From contig CAYRCK010000001.1 in NCBI GenBank assembly GCA_964422745.1, forward strand, positions 100,368 to 164,367: a stretch of DNA of 64,000 bases, read 5' to 3'. Every line of letters starts with the position of its first letter. Position 1 is the first letter of the stretch. Under the pieces are notes generated by a model. That model was given only the letters and a program-made list of their open reading frames with translations, ran no database searches and was not told the DNA's origin. This stretch comes from an uncultured bacterium. GTDB lineage: Bacteria > Krumholzibacteriota > Krumholzibacteriia > Krumholzibacteriales > Krumholzibacteriaceae. Of this stretch, positions 8,398 to 17,985 are shown piece by piece. The translations under genes were made by a program, and so were the position numbers.

Positions 8398-10110
8398 TTA
8401 CTTGCCCTCTGCTTCCGGTCTGTCCTTATTCCTCTTTATCTCGGCCTTCTCGAGGTTTTTATCGTGTATGCGGATATCAAACTCCTCGCTCCACTCGATC
8501 ATCTTCTCGTCGAGAATCTCGGCGGCCTTCTTTTCCTTGAGTATCTTTCGAATCTTCCGCGCCGCCTCGCTCAACGTGGGGATCCTGGGTTTGATTATCT
8601 CTTCTATCTTTATGACACTCCAACCCCTCGGCGAGTGGAACACATCGGATACATCCCCCACATTGGGGAGCGAGAACGCCACTCCGTCAAAACCGGGATA
8701 GCGTCCCTTTATCGTGAGACCGGTTTTCCCATCCTCTGTGATCTCGTCCTTGTTTTCCGTGTGCTTGCTGATAAGTTTCGTGAAATTTTCGCCCGCTTTC
8801 GCTTTTTGGGCAACGAGCTCGGCCGTCTCCTTGTCCGGTGACACGAATATGGAGAAGTTCCTCTTTTCGGCCGTTGACAGGTTGTCCTTGTTCTCGGCGT
8901 AGTATTCCTCGATTTCGAAATCCATTACCATTATATCTTTCCAGATCTGTTCCTCGTAGAAGTGCTGGACGAGAAGGCCTTCCTTCTTCTTCCTGAGCCC
9001 TTCCGCCACCTCCGGGATCTCCAGTATCTTCGATTTCTCCTCTGCGTAAGTCACGAGAACGTCGTTAAACACCTTCTTGTGCATGGCAAGAATAACACCC
9101 TCGTGGCCCTGCTCTCTCCGGGGACGCTCCGGAAGCCCGTATGCTTCGTACAGCGCCTCGAAATCCCTGAGTGTGAAGGAGCTGTCGGAATACTGGCAGA
9201 TTATCATATCCTTGTACTTTTCCGGAATCTCCGGTTTGGGGGCGTTTTCACGCGTCACCTTGTAGCTGATGACATCGTCGAACGGCACGTCCTCGGGCAG
9301 CGATTCGTAGGCTATCCTGACGGCCTCCGGGAAGAACTCGAGGCCTATCTCCTCCTCGATCCTGGTCTTGAGCTGCTCTATCCCCTTCTTCTCCTTGATC
9401 GCTCTTGTACGTTTCTCCGCGTAATCCCGTCCGCCGATCGGAGATGATTTCCTTATCCTGTGAACCTTGAGAATGGTATAACCCGTCGATGCCTTGAGAG
9501 GCTGGGTTATATCGCCTTCGCTCGCGCCGAAAAGAGCCTCCTCAACCCACCAGTGTATCCTGCCGATGTTGTTCGAGCCTATGTATCCCCCGTTCGACGC
9601 TTCCGCGCCCATGGAGTACTTCTTCGCCATCTCGGCGAAATCCGCGCCTTCGATGATCATCTGCCTGATCTCCAGCGCCTGCTCTTCACTCGTCACGAGA
9701 ATCTGGCTTACCGTATACTCGTAGTGCATCTTCTCGTAGTAGTCGTCTATTTCCTGCTCCGTCACGGTGACCTTTTTCCTGACCAGCTGATCCATCATCG
9801 AGGCGATCAGGTATGGATTCTTGAATCTATCCCAGATCCGGAGAAACCAATCCTCCTTTTCGTACCCCGCGGCAACCGCCTTGTAGGCCATCACTTCCTT
9901 GTTTATCATATGCTTGAGGACACCCTTCTTGGCCTCCAGCCCTCCTGTGTCCGGTATAAACCTGTCCTCCAGCAACCTCGAATCGTTCTCGAAATCCGCC
10001 ACCGTTATCTTCTTGCCCCCTACCTCGGCCACCACGAGGTCCTCCCTCTTTGTGCAGCCCAGCGATCCGATAAGGGACAGCGCCACGAGTAAAAAGACGA
10101 TTCTCCTCAA
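8398..10110 (-). CDS. SurA/PpiD-like peptidyl-prolyl isomerase lipoprotein
   Basis: Lipobox (LIGSLGCTK), a SurA_N-like region and a parvulin domain (GGYIGSNNIGRIHWWVEEALFGASEGDITQPLKASTGYTILKV). It is the third consecutive PPIase-chaperone gene. Confidence 0.7.
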   Translation of the reverse strand: MRRIVFLLVALSLIGSLGCTKREDLVVAEVGGKKITVADFENDSRLLEDRFIPDTGGLEAKKGVLKHMINKEVMAYKAVAAGYEKEDWFLRIWDRFKNPYLIASMMDQLVRKKVTVTEQEIDDYYEKMHYEYTVSQILVTSEEQALEIRQMIIEGADFAEMAKKYSMGAEASNGGYIGSNNIGRIHWWVEEALFGASEGDITQPLKASTGYTILKVHRIRKSSPIGGRDYAEKRTRAIKEKKGIEQLKTRIEEEIGLEFFPEAVRIAYESLPEDVPFDDVISYKVTRENAPKPEIPEKYKDMIICQYSDSSFTLRDFEALYEAYGLPERPRREQGHEGVILAMHKKVFNDVLVTYAEEKSKILEIPEVAEGLRKKKEGLLVQHFYEEQIWKDIMVMDFEIEEYYAENKDNLSTAEKRNFSIFVSPDKETAELVAQKAKAGENFTKLISKHTENKDEITEDGKTGLTIKGRYPGFDGVAFSLPNVGDVSDVFHSPRGWSVIKIEEIIKPRIPTLSEAARKIRKILKEKKAAEILDEKMIEWSEEFDIRIHDKNLEKAEIKRNKDRPEAEGK

Positions 10111-10232
10111 AACGTTCTCCTTTCAGAAACTATACCCACCTCACGTTCAACAGGCGATATTCATGCACTCGTCGGCCTCTCCCTGCCTGTTTCCAAGTGT
10201 AGGTAAAACACGGTCCTTATGGCTAAACTATA

Positions 10233-13200
10233 CTATTTATCATAAAGTTCCAATAAATTCAACAGACTTTCGAGGTCCGAGACCATCCATGCCGCGCCCC
10301 GTTGAGATATCCCGGCGCGTCCGCCTCTTTGATCCGGTGCAGAGATCGAAAGGACAAGCCCCTCCCCTGCATGAAATGTCAATCGTCCCGTGAAGGTCTC
10401 CGCGATGCCCGCGACAACCTTCTTCCCCGGTATCCGTTCCCTTTCGAATGCGATACGCAGCTCCCCGTTTCCCGACGCTTCCACGACCTCGACTCCGGTC
10501 TCCTGGGCACGGAGCTTTATCTCGACGATCTTAAGCATATTCATCGCGGGCTCGGGAACCTGTCCGAACCTGTCGACCAACTCATCAGCCATGTCGGTGA
10601 CGTCCCCTGCGCCCTCGATGTTCGACAGCCTGCGGTAGATATCCATCCTCTCCTCGGAATCCGAGATGTACCGGCCGGGTATATAGGCCGGCAGAGGCAG
10701 GGATACCTTTGTGCGCATGGGCTCTGCCACCGGTTCGCCTTTGAGTCTTGCAATCTCCTCTTTCAACATGCGCGTATAGAGATCGAGCCCGACCGCCTTT
10801 ATCTGACCCGACTGCTGATGACCCAGCAGGTTTCCGGCGCCCCTGATTTCGAGGTCCCTCATCGCTATCCTGTATCCGGCACCCAGATAATCGAACTCGC
10901 TTATCGCCTGAAGCCTCTGAACGGCCTCGTCGGTAGGCGCCCTGCCATCCGGGACGAGTAGAAAGGCATACGCCTTTCTGTCCGACCGCCCTACGCGCCC
11001 CCTAAGCTGGTACAGCTGGGCCAGCCCGAACTTGTCCGCCCTATCTATTATGATCGTATTCACATTGGGAAAATCCAATCCCGCCTCGATGATCATCGTG
11101 CACACCAGAACATCGAACCGCCTCTGTAGAAAATCCACCATCCTCCTCTCGAGCTCGCGCTCGTTCATCTGTCCGTGCGCGTGTGCTACCCTGACACTCT
11201 CCGGAAGCAGCCGCCGCAGGAAATCCTCCATCACGCCCACCGACCTGACCCGGTTATGGACGAAGAATACCTGCCCACCCCTTCCCACTTCACGCATTAT
11301 GGCTTCGCGGATCAGCTCATCGTCGAACGGCATGATCTCCGTGTGGATAGGGAGGCGGTTTCTCGGCGGAGTATCTATCACAGAGATCTCCCTGAGCCCC
11401 GACATGGCCATCGACAGGGTCCGCGGGATAGGAGTCGCCGTCATGCTCAGCACGTCCACGTTGCTCTTGATACGCTTGAACTCCTCTTTCTGCTTCACCC
11501 CGAACCTGTGTTCCTCGTCTATCACTACGAGTCCGAGGCTCTTGAAACTGACATCTTTCGAAAGCAGCCTGTGCGTTCCAACGACTATGTCCACCCCCCC
11601 GGCGGCGATCTGTTCGACAATCCTCTTCTGCCTGGAAGGAGGAACGAACCGGCTCAGCATGGCAACGTTCACGGGGAAGCCCTGGAGCCTCTCCCTGATC
11701 GTGTTGAAGTGCTGCATCGCCAGCACCGTGGTCGGAACCAGAAAAGCGCAGCATTTTCCGCACAAAACAACCTTGAAAGCCGCTCGGATGGCTACCTCCG
11801 TCTTGCCGAATCCGACATCGCCGCACAGCAGCCTGTCCATGGGGCGCGTGGACTCCAAATCTCTCTTGACCTCCTCGGTCGCCTGGAGCTGCTGGGATGT
11901 CTCCTCGTACTGGAACGATGCTTCCATCTCCAGCTGCCAGGGTTTATCCGCCTCGCACGCGCACCCGCTAGCGATCTGCCGCTTAGCGTATATCTCGACG
12001 AGATCCTTCGCCACCTTCCCCGCGCTCTTTCTCGCCTTCTCCCTGGCTCTCGTCCAAGCCCTGCTCCCCAGCCTGTCTATTGGAGGCTCCGTCCCGTCCG
12101 CGGCGAGGTACCTCTCCACCATCCTCAGCCTCGCAACCGGTATGAAAAGCCTGTCGTCCCCGGAGTACCTGATATCCAGGCATTCCGTCATCCCGCCCTC
12201 GACGTCCAGGATCCTCATTCCCATGTACCTTCCTATCCCGTGATCGACATGGACGATCAGATCACCCGGCTTGAAGTGGGAGGGATCGTATGTCAGGGAC
12301 CGGCTCCTCGTACGCGCCGCCCTGTAAGGCATGTGGTAACGGCCGAATATCTCCTCATCGCTGAGGAAGAATGCGCCCAGATCGGGCCACTTGAATCCCT
12401 TTGAAAGCCATCCAACGAGAAAATCGACATCGATCTCCACCTCCTCCAGCAGTTCCACGGCCCGTTCCCTCTGTATCTCGTTTATGCAGAAGATGAAGAT
12501 CCTGTTCCCCGCCCCCAGCTCCTTGCGAATATCCGACACCAGCCCATCGAGGTTGCGCCGGTAATCCCCCGTGCCCCCGCATCCGAATCTCAGTGAACCA
12601 CCCCACTCCACGCTGAAGAATCGAAGCAGCCTCCTCGCTGACATCCACCGCTGCATATCTATCCGGCAGACGTACATATCATCCGGAGGCGGATACAGGT
12701 TGCCTTCCTCTCTGGAGCGGTCGAACATGCGTTCGATCTCTCTTCGGAAATCGTCGGTATCCTTCTCGATCTCCTCCGCGTCAAGGAGCACAACCAGGGG
12801 ATCCTTCCCGAAGTAGCTCGTGACCGGCATCAATCCGTGCACATCCGGCGCGTAGTGCTCCATCCCGAAAAAGGCGATCCCCTCCTCGAGGCGCTTCACG
12901 GGCATCATGGCCTTTTCCAGCTCCTCTCCCTCAAGCCCCTTCGCCCTCTCCGCCAATCTGTCCCTCATCCCGTCAATCCCCTCTTCGTCGGGCGCCATGC
13001 GGTGAAGCGGCCTGACACGGATAGCGGACCTATCGATCAAAGACCTCTGTGTCTCTATGTCGAATTCCCTCATGGAGCAGATCATGTCCCCGTCAAATTC
13101 CATACGGACCGGCACGTCCTCGCAGACCTCGAAGATATCCAATATCCCCCCCCTGAGCGCGAACTGCCCCTTGGCCTCGACTATCTGGTGCCTTTCGTAG

Positions 13201-13682
13201 CCGAGGTGCGCTATCCGAGCCGCGAGCTCCTGAGGGTCGCGCTCCGATCCCGATTCAATGTGAATCAGCAGCGATCTGAAAAGGGACGGGGCGAACACCT
13301 TCTTCAGCGCCGATCTTATGGTGCATACGAGAATCCGGCACTCGTTCATGATGAGTTCATCGAGCGCCTTCATCTGGAGGCCCGTTATGCTCCTGTCCGG
13401 ATCCTGGTAATCGTAGGGCAGTATCTCGTCATCGGGGAAGGTGACGACTCCATCGAGACCGAAACTGGCGAGGTCGCTTCCGAAATCACGGGCCTTCACC
13501 TGTCCCGGTGCGATGACCAGCATGGGAAGGTCTATCTTCGCCGCCAGAGTGGCCAGAAGCAGGGCGCGCGCGCCGCCGCTTACCCCGCTTACGGAAACAT
13601 CCGCTCCTTCGGGGACCAGCTTTCTCTCCATCTCCCGGTATGCCCGAAGGGCTTCCACCTTATTCTTCAGTTCAGCCCACAT
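10233..13682 (-). CDS. mfd: transcription-repair coupling factor
   Basis: 1149 aa. UvrB-homology N-terminus, RNAP-interacting domain, then a superfamily-2 helicase with Walker A (GDVGFGKTEVAIRAA), DEEH box (VIDEEHRFGV), and a TRCF C-terminal domain. Confidence 0.95.
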   Translation of the reverse strand: MWAELKNKVEALRAYREMERKLVPEGADVSVSGVSGGARALLLATLAAKIDLPMLVIAPGQVKARDFGSDLASFGLDGVVTFPDDEILPYDYQDPDRSITGLQMKALDELIMNECRILVCTIRSALKKVFAPSLFRSLLIHIESGSERDPQELAARIAHLGYERHQIVEAKGQFALRGGILDIFEVCEDVPVRMEFDGDMICSMREFDIETQRSLIDRSAIRVRPLHRMAPDEEGIDGMRDRLAERAKGLEGEELEKAMMPVKRLEEGIAFFGMEHYAPDVHGLMPVTSYFGKDPLVVLLDAEEIEKDTDDFRREIERMFDRSREEGNLYPPPDDMYVCRIDMQRWMSARRLLRFFSVEWGGSLRFGCGGTGDYRRNLDGLVSDIRKELGAGNRIFIFCINEIQRERAVELLEEVEIDVDFLVGWLSKGFKWPDLGAFFLSDEEIFGRYHMPYRAARTRSRSLTYDPSHFKPGDLIVHVDHGIGRYMGMRILDVEGGMTECLDIRYSGDDRLFIPVARLRMVERYLAADGTEPPIDRLGSRAWTRAREKARKSAGKVAKDLVEIYAKRQIASGCACEADKPWQLEMEASFQYEETSQQLQATEEVKRDLESTRPMDRLLCGDVGFGKTEVAIRAAFKVVLCGKCCAFLVPTTVLAMQHFNTIRERLQGFPVNVAMLSRFVPPSRQKRIVEQIAAGGVDIVVGTHRLLSKDVSFKSLGLVVIDEEHRFGVKQKEEFKRIKSNVDVLSMTATPIPRTLSMAMSGLREISVIDTPPRNRLPIHTEIMPFDDELIREAIMREVGRGGQVFFVHNRVRSVGVMEDFLRRLLPESVRVAHAHGQMNERELERRMVDFLQRRFDVLVCTMIIEAGLDFPNVNTIIIDRADKFGLAQLYQLRGRVGRSDRKAYAFLLVPDGRAPTDEAVQRLQAISEFDYLGAGYRIAMRDLEIRGAGNLLGHQQSGQIKAVGLDLYTRMLKEEIARLKGEPVAEPMRTKVSLPLPAYIPGRYISDSEERMDIYRRLSNIEGAGDVTDMADELVDRFGQVPEPAMNMLKIVEIKLRAQETGVEVVEASGNGELRIAFERERIPGKKVVAGIAETFTGRLTFHAGEGLVLSISAPDQRGGRAGISQRGAAWMVSDLESLLNLLELYDK

Positions 13683-15795
13683 TCCCCTGCTCCGGGCTCC
13701 TTCCGCTCTGCGCCTGCGCCACCAGCAGCTCTACCACCAGAATCAATGCCGCCGCCAGGAACAGGGGCAGAGAGATCTCCCTACCCTCCCTGACCTGCCT
13801 GACCGCCGAGGCCAGCTCCACGCCGTCCGCGAAAACGGCATAGCTATCCAGGCCCAGCAGTCCCGCCGCTTCATCGCACTCAACTGGTTCTATTTCAGAT
13901 TCCAGCCTGCAGTCGGGATTCACGGCCATCCTCCCGAGCGTATCCGCCCCCGAATAGATCGTCACGAATCCCGGTTCCTCCACGCCGCGGATGATAACGT
14001 CCCCCGGCTCCATGCCGTGCCTCTCCTGCGCTTGGGGCCTCATCACGCTCCCTGAGGGGAGCATGCAAAGGACGCCGCCGCCGTCCCTCCCCCTCCAGGT
14101 GAGAGCGTCACCCACCAGCCTTCCCTCTCCCGCCTGACGCTCGTGCACCGCCGCAAGCAGCGACTGCTGAACGACCGGGAGAAAATAGGGCGATAGCAAT
14201 AGATCCCCGGCCTCCGGGACAGGGTCGACAGCCGCGAACACCACCATCCCCTCCCCGCGCCGCTCGCGCCATAAAAACGGGGTGCCGGTCCCGAACCCGA
14301 GCAATACCGCATCCGCAGGAACGCCGCGCACCACGGCGTAGCTTCTAAATCTGAGCTCCTTCAGGCCGACGATATCGTCTTCATCGAAAGGTGAAAACAC
14401 CCCGCTCCTGTCATTTATCGTCCTTACCGTCACGAACCCTTCCTGCATCTTCCTGAAGGATACATCCGGATCGAACGCGCTCAATCCGCCGATAGCCCCG
14501 ATGTGCTCCGGAAGGACCAGGACGAGAACCCTGCCTCCCGAGATAATGAAGCGCTCCACGAGCTCGATATCACTCCGCTGCAACGATCCTCCAGGCCCCA
14601 GAACAAGCGCATCCATCCCCGCCAGATCACTGGAGGTGAATTCGGCCCACCTCGTCCTCCAAAGCTCGATGTCCCCCTCGGAGCCTCGGGGACTCAACGC
14701 CTGCTCCAGGTAGAACCCGGAATCGTCCGTAACGAGGAGCGTTCTCGTTCTGCCCGTCACGTGCATCGTGAAGTACCTTCTGTCATCCGCGGCCAGCCTG
14801 TCCCCGCCCTTCCTTACCTCACCCACCGGCCAGCCGGAACGTTCCGCCGAAAATGTGATTTTCTCCGTGGAGGCAACACCGGGAGCAAGCTCCATCCCCT
14901 TCTCCACGATCCTTCGGCCATCCACGAACACGAGCAGGGGGAAGGACGCTCGCAGCTCGGTGGATGTGTTTCTGAGTCTCACTTCAATGGTGATTATCTC
15001 ACCCGTATGCAGGGCTACCCTAGGTGTAAGCACGGATTCGACGGCGACGTTGGAATTCTCCGCGGGGCTGACAGGCAGCAGAAAGGCCTTCACCGATGCC
15101 GGCTCGCCTACGGACTCCCCCCTCCCGCGCTCCGTAGGATCCGGCACCGCATCGTCTCCCGAAACCCCTCCCCGCCCTCCGATCGCCGTCCTCTGAAAGT
15201 CGGATATGATGAACAGCTCCTTTACCTCTCGCCTGCTCTCACCTAGCACCGCTATCCCCGTTTCCACCGCGGAACGCAGATCCGTTCCCCTCCAAGACGG
15301 CTCGAGCCCCATAACCGTGCCCTGCGCCACTCCCCGCTCCAGCCTCGATCCGCCGTAAACCGTCTCGCACCCTGTGTCGAAAAGCACTATGGTAACCTCA
15401 TCATCACCGTCGAGGTTGTCCATCACATCCGAGCACCTGGATTTGGCCCTTTCGAACAAGCTCCCATGGTCCCCCTCCATCCTCATACTGTAGCTTCGAT
15501 CGATGAGAACGCATGCCGCACGCGATCCGCCGGGAGGGAAAAGCGCCGCAAGCCCCCCCCTGACTACCGGCCTGGAGAAGGCCAGCGCCGCCATCGCGAT
15601 CGCCGCGCATCTGAGCGCGAGGAGCAGCAGCCTCTGCATGCTCACCCTTCTCATGCTTCTCTTCGTGGAGCGCTTCAGGAACCTGAGCGTGCTGAAATGC
15701 ACGTCGGGAACGCGCCGGCGGCTGAACAGGTGTATTATCAGCGGGACACCAACGGCTGCCAGAGATACGAGGAATGCCGGATTCAGAAAATCCAT
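13672..15795 (-). CDS. BatA-like membrane protein: N-terminal double-TM anchor, VWA domain, large C-terminal region
   Basis: The N-terminus MDFLNPAFLVSLAAVGVPLIIHLFSRRRV plus a second TM matches the aerotolerance-type double-transmembrane anchor. A VWA/MIDAS-like segment follows (ACVLIDRSYSMRMEGDHGSLFERAK...VTIVLFDTG). It overlaps the mfd start by 11 nt and follows a MoxR and a DUF58 gene. Confidence 0.65.
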   Translation of the reverse strand: MDFLNPAFLVSLAAVGVPLIIHLFSRRRVPDVHFSTLRFLKRSTKRSMRRVSMQRLLLLALRCAAIAMAALAFSRPVVRGGLAALFPPGGSRAACVLIDRSYSMRMEGDHGSLFERAKSRCSDVMDNLDGDDEVTIVLFDTGCETVYGGSRLERGVAQGTVMGLEPSWRGTDLRSAVETGIAVLGESRREVKELFIISDFQRTAIGGRGGVSGDDAVPDPTERGRGESVGEPASVKAFLLPVSPAENSNVAVESVLTPRVALHTGEIITIEVRLRNTSTELRASFPLLVFVDGRRIVEKGMELAPGVASTEKITFSAERSGWPVGEVRKGGDRLAADDRRYFTMHVTGRTRTLLVTDDSGFYLEQALSPRGSEGDIELWRTRWAEFTSSDLAGMDALVLGPGGSLQRSDIELVERFIISGGRVLVLVLPEHIGAIGGLSAFDPDVSFRKMQEGFVTVRTINDRSGVFSPFDEDDIVGLKELRFRSYAVVRGVPADAVLLGFGTGTPFLWRERRGEGMVVFAAVDPVPEAGDLLLSPYFLPVVQQSLLAAVHERQAGEGRLVGDALTWRGRDGGGVLCMLPSGSVMRPQAQERHGMEPGDVIIRGVEEPGFVTIYSGADTLGRMAVNPDCRLESEIEPVECDEAAGLLGLDSYAVFADGVELASAVRQVREGREISLPLFLAAALILVVELLVAQAQSGRSPEQGNVG

Positions 15796-15796
15796 G

Positions 15797-16705
15797 TCAT
15801 CTCAACCTGCTTCTCTTGCCGAGGTACGAAACAAGCGCCTGATCGAAGGGTGTATCGACCGTGACGATATTGTAGTTTATGGCGTTCTCCTTGCATTCTG
15901 TTTCCAGCTTGGCGATCCAGGATTTAACGTCCCTTCTGTACTCGTTTTTGAGAAACCACGGTTGCGTGCGCAGCCTTTCCCCCGTCTCCCGGTCGATGAA
16001 CCGGACCTCTCCGCTGTAATCCAGGTTCAGCTCCATCGGGTCCAGTATATGGAACAGCACGATCTCGTGCCCCCGGTGCCTGAAGTGCTTGAGTCCTCCC
16101 ATTACCCTATCCGGATCGTCGAACATATCGCTGAAAATGACCACGAGGCCGCGCCTCTTGAGCCTCTCGGCCATCTCGTGAAGCGTGCCGCTGATCTCCG
16201 TCCTATTCCCCGCTTGAATTCGTTCGAGGGTGCCCAGGAGATACAGAAGGTGACGCCTTGCCGATCTGTGCGGAATGAGCGTCCTCACCTTATCATCGAA
16301 CACGGCGAGCCCCACGGCGTCACGCTGCCTTATCATTAGGTAGCTCATGGCCGCGCACAGCAGAGATCCGTAACGCAGCTTTGTAACCCCCGTGGTCGTG
16401 AAGTCCATCGATGCGCTTTTATCGAGTAGAAGTGTGGCCCTGAGGTTCGTCTCGTCCTCGAACGTTTTAACGTAGTAGCGATCGGTCTTTGCGTATATCC
16501 TCCAATCGACGTTCCTGGTCGACTCGCCAGCGTTGTACTGACGGTATTCGGCGAACTCGACGGAAAACCCATGATACGGGCTCCTGTGAAGCCCCGCTAT
16601 GAATCCCTCGACTATAAGCCGGGCCCTGAGCTCCATATTGTCGAGGCGGCTCACGACTTCGGGACGAAGGAACTCGCTCAAACTGGAATTCGAACTTGCC
16701 TTCAT
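15797..16705 (-). CDS. DUF58 domain protein (MoxR-associated)
   Basis: 302 aa. The motif SPYHGFSVEFAEYRQYNAGESTRNVDWRIYAKTDRYYVKTFEDETNLRATLLLDKSASM is the DUF58 hallmark. It lies immediately downstream of a MoxR ATPase. Confidence 0.8.
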   Translation of the reverse strand: MKASSNSSLSEFLRPEVVSRLDNMELRARLIVEGFIAGLHRSPYHGFSVEFAEYRQYNAGESTRNVDWRIYAKTDRYYVKTFEDETNLRATLLLDKSASMDFTTTGVTKLRYGSLLCAAMSYLMIRQRDAVGLAVFDDKVRTLIPHRSARRHLLYLLGTLERIQAGNRTEISGTLHEMAERLKRRGLVVIFSDMFDDPDRVMGGLKHFRHRGHEIVLFHILDPMELNLDYSGEVRFIDRETGERLRTQPWFLKNEYRRDVKSWIAKLETECKENAINYNIVTVDTPFDQALVSYLGKRSRLR

Positions 16706-16785
16706 TCAAACCTGCTCCGCTAGAACAAAACGGCCTCCGGCGATTCTGATCCCAAGTAGAAATCCGGCCGGAAGCAGCCGCTCTA

Positions 16786-17769
16786 TCAATCCCCTACTTT
16801 ATCGAGTAACCTTGCGATGAGATCTTCCGTGGTGACTCCGTCGGCTTCCGCATGAAAATTCGTAACAAGGCGGTGCCTGAGTACGGGAAAAGCCACCGCC
16901 CGCACGTCGTCTATGTCCGGGGTCGGCCTTCCCATCATGACAGCCCTCGTCTTAGCTCCGAGAATAAGGTACTGTCCCGCTCTCGGTCCCGCCCCCCATG
17001 ACAGGTACTTGCCTACGTTCTCCACCCCGCCTTCCCTGCTGGCCCGTATCAGCTTCACCGCGAATCCGAGAACAACGTCGGAGACCGGGACTTTCTTTAT
17101 CATCTTCTGGATTCTGACTATATCGTGCCCCCCCAGGACGCTGTCCGGCTCGACCAGATCGGTCGAGGTCGTCGTGTCTATTATTTTGAACTCCTCCTCC
17201 AGAGACGGGTAATCGACGCTGATGTTGAACATGAACCTGTCTAGCTGAGCCTCCGGCAGCGGGTATGTGCCCTCCAGCTCTATCGGGTTCTGAGTCGCAA
17301 GCACGAAGAACGGGTGCTCCAGATCGAAGGTCTCTCCACCCACGGTCACACGGTACTCCTGCATCGCTTGAAGCAGGGCGGACTGCGTCTTCGGCGGCGT
17401 CCTGTTTATCTCGTCGGCGAGCACTACATTCGCGAATACAGGCCCCTTTATGAACCTGAATATCCTGCGTCTCGTTTCCGCATCCTCCTCCAGTATGTCG
17501 GTCCCGGTTATGTCGCTCGGCATCAGATCTGGAGTGAACTGTATGCGCGAGAACCGCAGATTGAGGCAGTGCGCTATCGTCGAGACGAGCAGGGTCTTGG
17601 CCAATCCAGGGACTCCCACCAGTAGGCAGTGCCCACCGGCAAAGAGCGCGATCAGCAGCTCCTCGATCACCCTTTCCTGTCCGATTATCACCCTTGCAAT
17701 CTGCCGCCTGAGCTGCGTGTGTACGTTCTCGAATTCATCGAGTACGCCTTGTCCTGCTGTCTCATCCAT
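16786..17769 (-). CDS. MoxR-family AAA+ ATPase
   Basis: 327 aa with Walker A GVPGLAKT, Walker B LLADEINRTPPKTQSALLQAMQE and the AAA_3 family architecture. Confidence 0.9.
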   Translation of the reverse strand: MDETAGQGVLDEFENVHTQLRRQIARVIIGQERVIEELLIALFAGGHCLLVGVPGLAKTLLVSTIAHCLNLRFSRIQFTPDLMPSDITGTDILEEDAETRRRIFRFIKGPVFANVVLADEINRTPPKTQSALLQAMQEYRVTVGGETFDLEHPFFVLATQNPIELEGTYPLPEAQLDRFMFNISVDYPSLEEEFKIIDTTTSTDLVEPDSVLGGHDIVRIQKMIKKVPVSDVVLGFAVKLIRASREGGVENVGKYLSWGAGPRAGQYLILGAKTRAVMMGRPTPDIDDVRAVAFPVLRHRLVTNFHAEADGVTTEDLIARLLDKVGD

Positions 17770-17957
17770 GAATCGCCCCTTCCCGTCTCAATAAAACCGA
17801 CTGAACGAACGTCCTCATATTTCTATATACGGGAATCGGTGCCGCTGTTCCATCCTTTTTATACCCCAAGCCCTCTCATGCAATCGATAGCCCCTGCCCG
17901 CACCGTCCGGGTACCGTGATACTCGCGCATGAGGCATTTTCCACCGGCCTCCCGAAC

Positions 17958-17981
17958 GGACGAACGAAAATTTAAATCGGG
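17958..17981 (-). terminator. candidate hairpin downstream of the S8 protease gene
   Basis: A perfect 8-bp inverted repeat AGAACGAG-TTTC-CTCGTTCT lies just 3' of the minus-strand stop at 17986. The trailing U-run is weak. Confidence 0.3.
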
Positions 17982-17985
17982 ATAC

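Noticed and set aside
11175-12404. A 409-aa plus-strand ORF, with others at 11032..12243 and 10302..10961, antisense to mfd
   Set aside because: mfd on the minus strand is unambiguous. Long antisense ORFs are expected in ~60% GC DNA, and these are Pro/Arg/Ser-rich with no motifs.
16680-16760. tRNA-like GGAATTCGAAC string
   Set aside because: It does not fold into a cloverleaf, having no anticodon arm or matching acceptor stem. It also lies in the coding start of the DUF58 gene.
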